The translations under genes were made by a program, and so were the position numbers. Shown here piece by piece: positions 13,816 through 26,976 of a stretch of DNA of 64,000 nt. The notes under the pieces are model-generated. The model saw only the letters and a list, made by a program, of their open reading frames with translations. It searched no databases and had not been told where the DNA came from. How positions within the stretch are numbered: the stretch's first letter is position 1; the number at the start of each line of letters is the position of its first letter. Source of the stretch: Catajapyx aquilonaris (lineage: Eukaryota); the NCBI GenBank assembly GCA_000934665.2, contig JYFJ02000470.1, forward strand, positions 62,001-126,000, written 5' to 3'.

Positions 13816-16800
13816 ATGGCGCTCCTCATCTACACCCTCTACGGGTTCGCGATCTTCTTCTTCACCTTCTGGTCCGGGATGTGGGTCGTCCATCTAGCCG
13901 CTCTCTTCTCTGGGTGAGTGTCCCCCACGTATGGGATGAGAAGATGCAGGGGGAAATCCAGGTGTGACACTGCCGGGAGGGGAAAACCGTGTGAGGGTGA
14001 CTCACGCCTTGTGTCTTGGGATCATGTGCGTTTGGTTCATGCAGGAAAGTATGATCCAAAGTAATGGCAGTGTGAAGCGTCCCACTTAATGTCTACCGCA
14101 GCTGGTGTCACATATGTATAAATCAGTGAAGTACAGTACAACAAAACCCATCTGTTGTTCCGTTCCAAATAAATATCCACGGGAAGGTTCAGCTAAATGC
14201 GACTCGTTCGTGGAACATCGGGCATAGGGACCAACCAAAGGTTTTTAATAGGCAAGGTGTATCCTGAAACATTTATAAACAAGTTTAACTGTATTATTAT
14301 TGGCTCAATTCCATCCTTGCCAGATGCAAACTGCAACCATTTTCACATCCACACATGAGGATCTTGTTATACATCTGTAGCGGTATCTAATCAATGTATC
14401 TAAACAAAAACGGAAGACAAATTTGAATTTAACCTCTCGGGTACAACCTTTGGGCACATTGAAAAGATTTGCGCTGGTGTCAGTGATGTCAAAATTCAGG
14501 AGAGATTATTCTCCCACAGGTTGATGGGATTTCTTGTACTGAACAGTTCTGATTGTTGTGGGTAAATGTTAATAATAATTAACGTCTGCCGAACAACAGT
14601 TGTGCTTACTCCTCACTGGAACGCATCTCCACCTGAATGAAACCTTAGTAAATATTACTGAGTACAACATGAAGCGTACTGTCTGTTTTTTAACAAATGA
14701 TCTAAAGAGAAAGAGTGATGTCTTGATAATGGTCATATCAGTCCAGTGATAATCCAAGCTTTATGTTGACCTACTGGCTATTATTTGACAAGAATGGTTT
14801 AAATTAGTATTAAACATTTGTAGGTACTACTGCGTATTATTGTTACTTTCAATCATATGTTATCCTCAGTTCACCAAGAGCTGTTGTTGCAAGTAGCTTT
14901 TGCAAATTTTTGTGATTATCAGAAATGGGAGTCAGAATACGTCTTTTGCCTCCAAATGCTGTTGCTGTTGGGTATTATTTCCATGTCATTTCAACCAGAT
15001 ATGAAAACCTGATAATATTATCTCACTTTGTACATTTAAAAAGGGTCATACAAGACAGTTGCAAAATATTTGCACAACGTGTTGAGAGTGAAACAGTACA
15101 TTTTGATAATGTAAGTACAGGGGCCCCTTTTAAATCTGGCAATAAAAATTCCACAATCTGCATAATCTAATTTTCTGCGGGACCTTCACTTTCATGGTTG
15201 GTGGTGCTAATAATATAATCATTGTCTCACACCACAACCAAACTCTGGAAAGTAGAAGTCATTAGGGATGTTACTATTGGAGCTAATTTTGGAGGTAATG
15301 CCCCAAGGATGTGTGCTGGAGAATATCTTATTATCTTAATAAAATAAACTTTATGCAAGAAGACAAAGCTACCAAGTAAGGCAGGGAATCCATTGGGCAA
15401 CCAAAGGGAGGAACTGCCTGAAGAGACCTGAAATGTCATGCCATATGGATTTTCTGTCATATTACAATCCCTATTCCCGCATTTTCTGGCGTGGACATCA
15501 CCACCCATTCAGACTGTGAGAAAAAAACTCAGTTGGCTCTGCAAACCGTCAACAAATTCTTTCATGCTTTCATAAATACTTGCCTTTGGTGACATAAGGT
15601 TCTTTAGAATACTACCCTCTGTGCTTATTTACCCTGTGGTTGTGGCAGTGACTTTCAAGTTAATATTTACACAATTTTTTAGGTCATTCCGGAGCAGCTT
15701 GATGACTGATTTGAAACTATATTCTCCTACATTAAGATATGGAGGATGTGGTTTCAAGTCCCAGACAATAGCATAGTCGACTATTAATATACATGCAATT
15801 ATTGTAAAGCCTACCCGAAAGGCTTGTGGCATAAAGGAATTCGATAAACAAAACTGTTAACATACTACAGTTGAATCCGTATATAACAGTCGCGGCTATA
15901 ACAGAATTTCGGTTATACCATACTCTAAAGGCCGGTCCCTCCATAGTCTGGTATATCCAAAAGTCTGTTATAGCTGAGGCTGTTATATACGGATTCAACT
16001 GCAGTATGTTATAATAACCCTTTGGAACATTATGGTCACTGCTTCAATTCATACCAAAGCCACACCGTGTCTTCTATAAGCAGCTGGTGTCTGTTGGCAA
16101 TGATGAGATGGAAGACGACATTATTGTGAATTCATCTGATGATGAGCAGTTGTACAGTATAATGACAATTGAATACTGAGAAATATGGCCTGTGTATTTG
16201 GCTATAACAGACCTTGGTTATAACAGACTGATTTCCACGGTCCCTTGAAGTCTGTTATATCCGGATTCAACTGTATTATCAAAGCAATTATTGGGCGTGC
16301 TGGGCATTGGAGGGATCTAGAAGTGTACATAATCCCAACAAACGACCATACCAGAAGAAAGTGATAAGCGAGAGATTAATATTCAATGAACCAGATGCCA
16401 CATCCATCAGTTCGTGACCTATGGGATGACATATGACTCATGGCATGCCATGATAAAAGCCAGAGGCAATCAGCAGTCATACGGTTTGTCCAGTTCACTT
16501 TAGGCTACGAGGACACATCCATGATTTATGGCTCACGTAACTCACGAATTATGCTGAAATATATGCTTTGAATCGCGTGAAACTTATAGTAGGACCGTAG
16601 TTGTCGTGTCACACAAGTGGCACCGCAAGTTATGGCGGAATCTTCTGGAAAATGACCTTCGAAGGGGGGCGAGAAATGTCCTTAGCCAGAGGAATGTGGG
16701 TACTAATGAGCTGATCAAAAGCAAGGCGTCAGAGATATTTGCATGTCTTGGAGCCCATCTAATACGGCACCACTTGCCCATCCCCGGATGCCAGATCGTA

Positions 16801-18336
16801 GTCACAAGGGACGTCAACTTAGAAGAAAGTGAACATATCATATGACGCCCCCCACTAAAATTCAGGATATTGAACCTTATTTGTAAAGGTAGAGAAAGTT
16901 TCATATACAGTGCAGGTTACATTGTAATTCTGTAGGACAAGCATTTGGGTGCAACCCTCCCAATCCAATATTGGATAAGTCAACTGGATGAAATAGTAAT
17001 CGCATTGCTTTAGCCTGCCCTCAAAACGAGGCTATGAAATGTTTAGCAAGCGAATCCGAAATTCTGAATGGACGCGTGCGGAAGGCATGTTTAGAGAAGG
17101 CAAGACCTTGGCCCCGTCGGCACGGAATGAGGGCATCAACTGTATTGAACTGGGGGAATCAAAGGGAGCAATCCCTGTATCGGCCTGTATGCTGTGCTGG
17201 GCTCAAGACAAAAAAATCGAACCCAGGACAATCGATGTTGCCATGGAGGAAAGACCCTCCTCACCCTTCACGTGTACACAGCACCCGGTAATCGCCTCTA
17301 AAAAACCACATGACAACCGCACCTAATTCTAAACAGCACCCTTGGGACATGCATCACGAAAAGACAAGGCACACGTGCTTTTAAATTTCCGGCCCCCACT
17401 CTGCAGGCGCTCACTAGATGTTCCTAGAAATAGTTGCGCTCTCTGCGGATCTTTTGGGGATCAAGGTTGCCCTCCCCATGTTGCATGCCGCTGTTAATTA
17501 CCTTTTGTTTGCAACCAACCCGCACTGTCGGCCATGACCAACTTTTTTTTTCTTCTTTTTTATCGTCAATTTCAGCGTCTTTTTTTTTTGCGCCGTCTTA
17601 GTGCTGCGGGTCACAGGCAATCGACATATCAATAAGTGATGTGACGGATAAATTGCTGGGGGGCATTAGGTATAGTTACGGGAATAATGGGAAATAAATA
17701 GAAAAATTCGGGCGCTGATAGGCTGAAGTAAGATGTTACAATATACTCAATGAGATGCCTGAAATATTTATTTGTACGGTATTGCGTACCTGTGCAAACT
17801 TCGTCGCCTTTAGTGCCGATATTATTATGGATTAGTATTGATAACAGTTTAAAATATTAGATTATACAGTATGCATGTGCATAACCTAGTGTTTTGTATT
17901 TTCTGAATGAGATGCCTGCTGCAGTATTTATGGTAACTTATCAAGTGTAGGCGTCGTATTTTCGGTTACTGCTCGATCGGACTTGTTTACGTGGCTTTTG
18001 ACCTCGTCTTTTTTGTATGTGTTACGATGGGATGAATTTTTTGGGGGGCGATCCTCTCTTCAGACTCGGTGTTTTTTTTTCCGGGTGCAGTGTAGCGTTA
18101 GAGTGCGATAAGATGTCAGTGTGATGAACCGTTGGGAAATGTGGAAAACAACTTTTCATGCGGGAAATGCACTTTACTGGTCCTGCGAATTCACACCTCT
18201 GGGGCCAGACTCTACATAATTCAGCACTGTATTTTCCAAGTTATCTACTGTACATTCTGCCTTGCCTCGAACTGGTACGAAATATTGGCGGTAACCGATG
18301 CCTGGGATGATGATGACGACGACGACGACGACGACA

Positions 18337-18399
<63 letters not shown>

Positions 18400-21300
18400 C
18401 ATTAATACTACTAATAATGGTGGGTTGAGACTGAGGACTCGCAATATGGGTTATGTCGATTACTATCTGTCGTAATCATACTGTACTGTTTCGTTTTGTA
18501 ATGGGTTACGAGTCTAGGCACTATCAATAAATTATTCATCGTCTAGGTTGTGTGCACGACAAAACCTCTAGTACCTTGTGCAATGTACTGGCATATTTAT
18601 TTACCTACAATTCCCATATGCTGCCTGATGCGCATTGTTTCCAGCACGTGACACACAGTATACGTGGCCACCACTGCATCGACGTAAAGCAAAGAACCAG
18701 GAATCAATTTTTTTTTGTTTCGAAGCCTCTTTGTGTTACCGAAATTGTTGGCAACACCATGCTCACACGGTTATTCTGGTGCATAAATTCTTAGCTGTAC
18801 TACAGTGACGCAACTTGCACAGAGAAAGTGCTCTTCAATCTCAGTTCTTATTTGAATTTGTAATGCATTCGAGGCAGAAGCCTCGTCGACGGCTTGGCTT
18901 TACGTTGTCTACCTTGGGTAATTTTTTATTCTGAACCCAATGCTCGAGCAGATCGAAGTGGGGGGGGGGGGGGGGGGGNNGGGGGGGGGGGCTTACCTGG
19001 CTCGATTTCCATACAGGCTAACATCTCCTCCCTAAGAAAAGGGGGGGAAAAGGTTGCGTGTTTGGATTCCTGGATTTCCCACTGAGTTGTTTCACTCAAC
19101 AAATTATGCAGGTGGAATGGGGCTTTAATTTTATTGTCTGTCCGTCCGCCTCATCGTTAATTCATTATAAACGATTCCCTTTTCATTAGGTGCACATTGG
19201 TATATACGTATGGCAAAAAAATATGAGAACAGTGATGCAGTGATGAAATTCCATAGTGTCAGTGGGCGGGATGGAACTTTGCCAATCTCCCTAGCTCGTC
19301 CTTCTTTGATTGCGAAATGTCATCTGACAGCTTGTCTGCTTTTCCTCCCCGATAATTTGTCTGAAAACAAATCGGGACATTTTTGACAGGCGATAATACG
19401 GGCCTTGGGGCGCGTTTTTAAAATAGTTTCCGGCCGGGACTATGGCCTCGTGGGAATATAAATGTATCCACATATTAGAACAAAAGCGCAGCACCTCCCA
19501 TACATGGGAGGTGCTGCGCTTGTTATCTCTCATCTGGGAAGAGAACTATTTGCGGCCTGTTAGAGCGTAGGTGCGACCTCCTGTTCGTTATCTACATCTA
19601 CACCTACCTGAGGGGCTATATTCTTCACATCGGGTCTAACGCATGCCAATTAGCAGCATACCACTTTTGTGGAGAGCTTTTTAGGGAGATTTTCTGGGGC
19701 AATGCATTGTCTATCACAAGTGGTGCAACTAGGGTGAGAAGTAAACCGTGTCACTAGATGATACGTGCCTGAAGATTCAAGGTGATTAGTTGGGAAGAAA
19801 TATGCGCACGTTAATTGGCAAAGACAATTTGGCAGTCACTCGGTGCTTATTTCTAGAGTTGGCGAGATGGATATGCAAAAAGGGTCTATGGCCTTTCCAA
19901 ACTGTGGAACGCGACTAAATCTGGTGATTGTATATAGATAGGGCGGATCGTAAATTCGGTGTATGTAGCTTGCAACATTGGTGTTGTGAAACTCGTAAGG
20001 GTATCATAGGCGGCGAGATTAATAGTTTTATCGCTGTCGGATTTAGAACCACGTTAAATGTAGTATACGATAATAACTTATCACGGGTTAACTCGTGACC
20101 TTCATGCAGAAGGTATTGCGTGACGATTGACGGTTAAGGTTACCAGAGGAGTCTCAAATGGGTACAGATTACCACAACACCCAATAGGATACATTGAAAG
20201 TTCATTGATGGCTATTCAACCTCTGTGAATTATGATAATGGTCAGCTGATCAAGTAGTTTGTATAGTACAGTACCAGCAATGGCTTTGTACATTTTTTTT
20301 TCTTCCTTTTGTTTGAGTCAGATGTTCGATATGCTGTGGTTCCGATAATAGCAGTGTAGTATGTATATTTTGGTTATCAATGACTAATCGTTGCGATGCA
20401 CATGGTCGCCCATATTTACTGACTTGAAACGAAGTAAAAACCTTGATGTTTGGAAAAGAAAATTGAAGAAAAATGTGATCGTGAGGGACGGGGCCCGTAA
20501 GTCGGTTAGTATTTATTTACTACTCGTTTCCGGTTCATGCGTTTCTGACTGTCGAGCGTGCTTTATCATTACGCTCAATTATTTACGCACAGCTGTCCTA
20601 ACCGTTTATTAGAAGCCTGAAAGACGTCTCAGTGTAGGGCACCAGTAGTCAATAATGTTTCGGCGATAACCTACCTATTTCGACTGATATAACAAAAATG
20701 TAGGTTGTCCGTTAAATTTGATTCATGTTGTGGACATACCATTAGACCTAAACAGTGTATGGTACTGCACTCTGCGATTCAGAAATTAATATGAGAAGTG
20801 GAGGTCGTAGGAAGGGCACTTTGTGACCCTTGCATGTCACCGCGAATCTATTTATTGATGTGGAAAAATTAAGCAAAAGCTCCAGTTTTGTATGAATGAA
20901 TTAGTACAGTAGTTCAGCGTGCACGACAGCTGCATTGTTTAGGTAGCAGCCAGGTTTTTCTCAAAAATCAATTAACGAATAAGTGTGTCCAGTCAGTAAT
21001 AAATCCGAAAAATTCGAGGCATGTTATCCAATTATTGGATTTAATTCGTGTGAGAAGGACAGTTGCGCATCATTAAGTCATCCGTACATGCCCAGCATTA
21101 TGAATGCGTCTCTGGCCGTACATTTTAAAACACATCGTCAGTCTAGTGTAATTGCCAAACTACACCAAGGACAGAGACACAAAAGTGACTCATTATGGTC
21201 TAACAATGCGTGCATTCATGCGGATTAAATGGACCTTTTTGGAGATTCGGCTGTGTGTATACGTAAGCAGTGGGGTGGGAGACTGAGAGTACGTGAACCT

Positions 21301-24300
21301 CAGATGACGCGAGACTATTGACCCTAGACAAATGGATGCCGCCCCAATGTCCGCGTTATACTACTGCACTTTCAGGCTTGGGGTCAATATCGGAACGGGG
21401 TGGGATTACATAGAGGGGGGGATGGGGGTTGCCAGATATTAATTTTGTATCGGTTCAGTCCAGCACGCTTGGGAGTTTGAAAAATATTGTGGGGATCGAT
21501 ATGCGTCATAATGAGCTGCTAATGTAATGACAGGGTAAGGTGTTGGATAGACGATGGCCTTTTTCTGTGAAGGCCATGCAGGCTTTTGGAGCCATATCGA
21601 TCCAGCTAAACCGTATTATGGTCCGACCTTTCTGCAATGGCCTCTCTCTCTCCCTCATACATTGGCGAAAATGCACAGTACCTGACACCGCCAATTCGCG
21701 AAATGATGGGACCGATGCATGCTGGCATCCCCCAGTCGATAATATATTCGCGGGTTTGTGTGGCCTTGGCACGGTTACCTAACGATGCACTGGAGAATCT
21801 CGGATGTGCTTGATAGAGCAGGTAATGGATTGGTCAGGTAGTTGTCAACTGTTGCTCTCATTTAGGAAAGAGTGTCATGTGCAGGCGCGTCATCAAGAGT
21901 GATGCAACATGCACTTCACACCCGGGGGAGGTCTGCAATCAGGTTGACAACATTCGTGCTTTCCAATCATGACTCATTGCAGGAGACAGCAATGTAATGT
22001 AGGTATCATCTGGGTGGGATGCACGGGCTCGTTAAAACTTCCGGATGTTGAGGATGATTGGGATGCAGTTGGGAAACTCACAGGTTTCCATAGGGGGTTT
22101 CATAATGAGTTGGACGAACTTCTGGGCTGCTATTGGATCATTTTGTGGGGACATATTCTGAGCAGCATTTTCAACGAAGCAACTGGCTTTCGACACAAGA
22201 TGTAAAAGATTATTTAATTATTTGCTTATCTGATTGAAAATGCCCTGTACTGTACTTGTATCCGTAGCATTACAGTGAGACACTGAATAAAGGGCAAAGA
22301 ACATAATTATTGTGTACACATACAATGTATTATGAAGTGTTATTAAAATATATCCTGGCAGATATGCCTCCCTCCACGAGGCCTTACATTTTAAAATATA
22401 AAATGTATGCTCTCTTGAAGTTGTTAAACATCATCATCATCATCATCATCACGGCGTTTCCCAAAGATATGGGGTTGCCAGCGAATATTAAGGAGGTCCT
22501 TAATATCCTCATATGACCAAATATGTATACAAAAAAAAAAATCTGAAGCCTGGTCAGGTACTTGCAGATAATGGGGGAGGGGAGGGCTACAACATATTGC
22601 CGAATGAACAGGCTTGTTAAACATGACAAACACAATTGGCCAACAAGTGGTCAGGTTACGCCCTGACATGATATATGGTGGTATTTGCCAGAATATGTGG
22701 TTTTGGAGTGGTGAGAATGACCACATATGGTAAAAAGCCCAGAGGACACTTAGGGAGTGGGCAGGGTGAGGCCCTCTTACAAAATTCACATGTGTGTGAC
22801 ATCACTGACATCATCAGTGAGCTGGACTGGATAGCCCCATTGGGCATTCCCGTGCTGGCCATGCTGCTGTTAAACATGGTGGTCGTGATACTGGCTGGAG
22901 TGATCATCGGGTTTTGGTGTTTTGTTTGGATGGTTCATTTCATGGCGCTGTGCTACGGGTGTGTGAATGAGAGGTGTTGTCGGAGTGTCATTTTTTTGGA
23001 CAGTTAGTACATTTTCCCTGTTGTTTCATTTCAGAAAGTGGAAGCTGCATAACAAGACGGTGCAGACACCCAGAGAGACGCCTTATCCTGGAGTTTCCAT
23101 AATCAAGCCATTGGTTGGTGTGGACCAGTACTTGTTTAGTAACATAGAAACATTTTTCACAATGACGTACCCTTTGGTGAGTAATTCTTATTGGTTCAGG
23201 AGCTTGGGTGCAATTACATTGTAAATGAGATTGCTGACTTTCAACTTTACAACCATGCACAAAAAACAAAACAACAAACGCTAACCTTGTGAACAATCAT
23301 GTCAGTTTTAGTTTGCTTAATTAGTTACGTAAAATATTGGGAAACATGCAGAAATATAAGATTTTGCTTTCATTCTAATGTTTCTCAGTAATCATTATGC
23401 AAACAAAAACGGGTGTTCACAATTGCAGCCAAGCTCCTACAGTTATTTTGTATTACAAATGCGCAGTAAAGCAAAAATATACATTTGCATTTTCAGTACG
23501 AGCTTCTATTTTGCATTCATGATGAAAGTGATCCTTCCATTATGATAGTCAAGCAGTTGATGGAGAAATATCCTCACGTTGATGCCAAAGTTTTTGTAGG
23601 TAAGTGGTAATAGATGCGGTTGTGTTGTAAGGTGGGGTTTTTGATAGTAAATGATCCAAGTAACACAGTATGTTTTTTTTCTTTCAGGTGGAGAGAAAGT
23701 GGGAGTGAATCCTAAGATTAACAACATGCAACCTGGGTATGCAGCTGGAAAGTATGAACTGCTGATGATATCAGACAGTGGGATTCGAAGTAAGCTGTCA
23801 CCATATATTTAGGATATGTCACTTAGATTTATCATGCTCCTGTGATCAAAACCAGTGACGAATCAAAGCAGCAATCTGTTTCATGCTACTACATCATGAC
23901 AATGACAGGTGCACATGTGGCACATCAACTGCTGCATTCAAACAAAAATTGTCTCCCTGTAGCAGGGGGAAAATTGTTGCTTTTGGTTTAGAATATGCGT
24001 ATGCAGAATGGAATTTTGGTTTGAATGGAACAGATGATCAGCCACATGTGTCACTGGAGTTGTCATGCTATAGTAGGGAAGGGATCACTGATTTTGAAAG
24101 GGCCTCAAACAATGTACTTTACCACACTCGCATGCAACAAATTTTTTAAAAATATTAATATCGTAAGCGTCCTAAGCTTGATTATAGCTTCAGGTCATCT
24201 TTCTAGATCTGAACTTGAAATATGGTGCGGAAGTGTTAAGCGTAATATTAATTTTATAGGCCTGGTGAAGAAACTTCAGTGTTGATATTGGGACATTTGT

Positions 24301-26250
24301 ACCCAAGATGTGATGCCAGACTTAGAAATTTTCATTTTGCTGAGCTTAAGAATATCAAAATAAAATAGCACCTTCCAGGAACCTATATTTTATCATGCTT
24401 TCTCAATGTCACCCATCTGAAATTCATCAAAATACTCCCTGCATTATGGAATTCTGTAGAAGTCGACAAGAAGTAGAAGTACCATAGTAGTAACTTACAG
24501 CATACTGTAATAACCTTCAGAAGTTAAGTGTAAAAGGAAAGTGTGGGTTGAGTGAAACTCGGGAGTGAGAAATTATGTTCTCTACAAGAAGTTACCATTT
24601 TTGCGATAGATTCCAAAGATTCTCGCTAATTTGACTTTTCTCTCCAAATGTGGCTGTCAAAGTACTTGCTCATAATGAAAAATAAATTTGCAGCTCTACG
24701 TTATGCAACAATTGAAATTGCTCATTCTTATTTTGCCCTTGCAGTGAAGGAAGACACCCTGCTGGATATGGTGAACCACATGCGTGACGATGTGGGACTG
24801 GTCCACCAGATACCCTTCACATGTGATCGAGAAGGGTTTGCAGCCATCCTGGAGAAGATCTACTTTGGAACAGCTCATGCTCGCATCTACCTGGCAGCAG
24901 ACTGTGCACGGGTCAACTGTGTTACAGGCATGTCCTCTTTGATGAGGCGAAAACTGTTGGATGAAGTTGGGGGGCTCAAGGCATTTGCGTGCTACCTGGC
25001 GGAGGACTTCTTCATGGCGAAGGCAGTCACAGACCAAGGGTGGCGGATCTCCATCAGCAGCCAGCCTGCCTGGCAGAACGCTGGCCTCCCAGACGTGTCC
25101 TATCTGCAGTCACGCATCCAGAGATGGGCCAAGCTCAGGATAGCCATGGTTCCTTACACCATACTTTTTGAGCCACTCAGTGAGTGTGTGCTGCTGGGAG
25201 GATGTACTGCGTGGGCAGTCAGATTGCTGTTCGGGTGGGATCCCATCGTGTTCTATTTGGTGCATGTGCTTCTCTGGTTTCTCCTCGACTGGCTCCTGCT
25301 CTCCGTTCTACAGGTTGGTGTGGTTTAACTGTACCTTATCCAAGTCCGATTTCATGTGTGTGAAATCATAAACCTGTCTTGGGTGGAATGCCGGGCACCA
25401 CTCAGTAAATAGTTTTCATGAAAGCAAGAATAGACAGGTCTGACCGTGGGTGTGACAGATTCTACTCCCAGCAGGAACCAACGAAGATGTATGGCCAGGC
25501 TACTGTGGCCCTGTGGGGCAATCCATAAATTTAATGGGCTCTTTCCAGGGTGTGTAGGATGTTAGTGTGTATTACCAGAGGGATGAAATTAATCTTGTGG
25601 TATTTACAATTGGATGTGAGGGTGTTGCGTAATTTCTCAGGACCTAATCACGTTGCCTGTTTTGGTGCAATGTGAGCAGAAGGTATTCTAAGGGCACATG
25701 AGAAGGAGGAAATTTTATGTACGGAGCATATCTATTGGCCAGTAAACATACTTTCATGTAGTTGAAACTGTGACTTATGAGATTCAATACTTATTACCTT
25801 TGGAAAAAGATCTAGATTAATTTTTGTACTTAATTACATTACCTTGTACAGTACATAATTCAGCTGCTGGATATAACTTGTTGCATTATTTTTTTAGTGA
25901 AATTGAGGACTGGTATGGATGTCAAGAGTTTAGTTCAGGGTCACATTTCTCATTTACAAGCCATGTGTTATGTTACGTATGAACTTAAATTTCAAGTCCC
26001 AGCTTTTCTGTTTGCCACTTGATAATTTGCCCTTATGTCGTGCACTAAATGCCACTTCTTTCTTTTCCAGAATGGATCAGTGCCATTCAACAAGTTTGAG
26101 TTTGTGGTGGGATGGCTGTTCCGTGAGACCATGGCGCCATACTTGTTCTTACATGCACTGTGTACACCTGCGATCAGGTGGAGGACAGGTACTTACTACT
26201 TGCGTTGGGGAGGGCATGTGGAGGAAGTGCAACCAAAAGTCAAGCTGTGA
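13816..26250 (+). CDS. UGCG: Ceramide glucosyltransferase, isoform A (exons 13816-13913, 23035-23176, 23497-23599, 23688-23789, 24745-25313, 26071-26250)
   Basis: N-terminal TM anchor [19 protein letters not shown], then [70 protein letters not shown]21/UGCG family motifs with in-phase GT-AG introns. Confidence 0.95.
15868..16273. mobile_element. Tc1/pogo (Tigger-like) MITE
   Basis: TA|CAGTTGAATCCGTATATAACAG ... CTGTTATATCCGGATTCAACTG|TA; internal TATAACAG repeats; an extra right TIR ends at 16001. Confidence 0.85.
18307..18398. repeat. Compound (GAT)n(GAC)n(AAT)n microsatellite
   Basis: Directly visible. Confidence 0.95.
22861..22958 (+). CDS. UGCG: Alternative first coding exon 1B of ceramide glucosyltransferase (start could lie further upstream in the same open frame, e.g. 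22675 or 22717, or at 22876)
   Basis: [33 protein letters not shown] is homologous to exon 1A, ends in the same phase (GG|gtgtgt) and can splice over a 76-nt intron to the acceptor at 23034. Confidence 0.8.
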
Positions 26251-26976
26251 TGTGCTACTCTACAAAGAGTTGGTAGGAACACAAGGAAAGAGTGAAGCTG
26301 CAAGTGCGCGGGTCCGTCGGCTCCAAGTCGGGAACACAAGTGCTGGATAGTGCAGACCTGAAACTTTCGAGTGAATGCATCATCTCTCCTTCCCCCTCAA
26401 CCCCCCAGTTCATCCTTCATATTTTTTTTATTGATTTTGTTTGTTTTCACCTTGTCTGTGATGCTAATCATTGCCGTTGGGAATATTTCCTTTTCCAACT
26501 CAAGAAACAATCGGTAGCTGTTTACTACCAGACTGATCACACCAAAAAGTTAAGAACAAAGGGCATATATGTTGCGAGTCACTTGGAAGAAGAGCTTTAA
26601 GAGGATTAAAGGTAAAGAAAAAAGAAAAAGAAGAAAAAATAAAGAGGAGAAAGGGTTTGTGAACCATTCTCATTGTCTTGCAGACTGAATAAAGAAGAAC
26701 TTGTGTATCTGTGTGTACTGTCAATGAGTTCAGTGTGACTGAAACCTTCAACGCATAATACTCCATACATTAAAATGGCTTTCTCCGACCATGCTACTTG
26801 CTCTCCATATTCTAAGGACGTCTTTCTTGTTTGCGACTGATGGAGTATTTTCAGTTCATCCTGCAGGTGTAAAGCAGTAAGGAAAAATCATCAAAATGTA
26901 CAAAATTCTAAATGGATACAGTAATATCACAAGTACATATTCGTATGAACCAGCAAAGTCTTGGTGACAAAAAAAA

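Noticed and set aside
13199..13967. Poly-Val, poly-Pro and poly-Gly ORFs around UGCG exon 1A
   Set aside because: Products of microsatellites and the GC-rich 5'UTR, not credible proteins.
18132..18444. Poly-Asn / poly-Tyr ORFs
   Set aside because: Translation of the (AAT)n microsatellite.
19240..19327. Candidate intronic C/D-box snoRNA (GTGATGA...CTGA)
   Set aside because: No terminal stem and no recognisable rRNA/snRNA guide complementarity.
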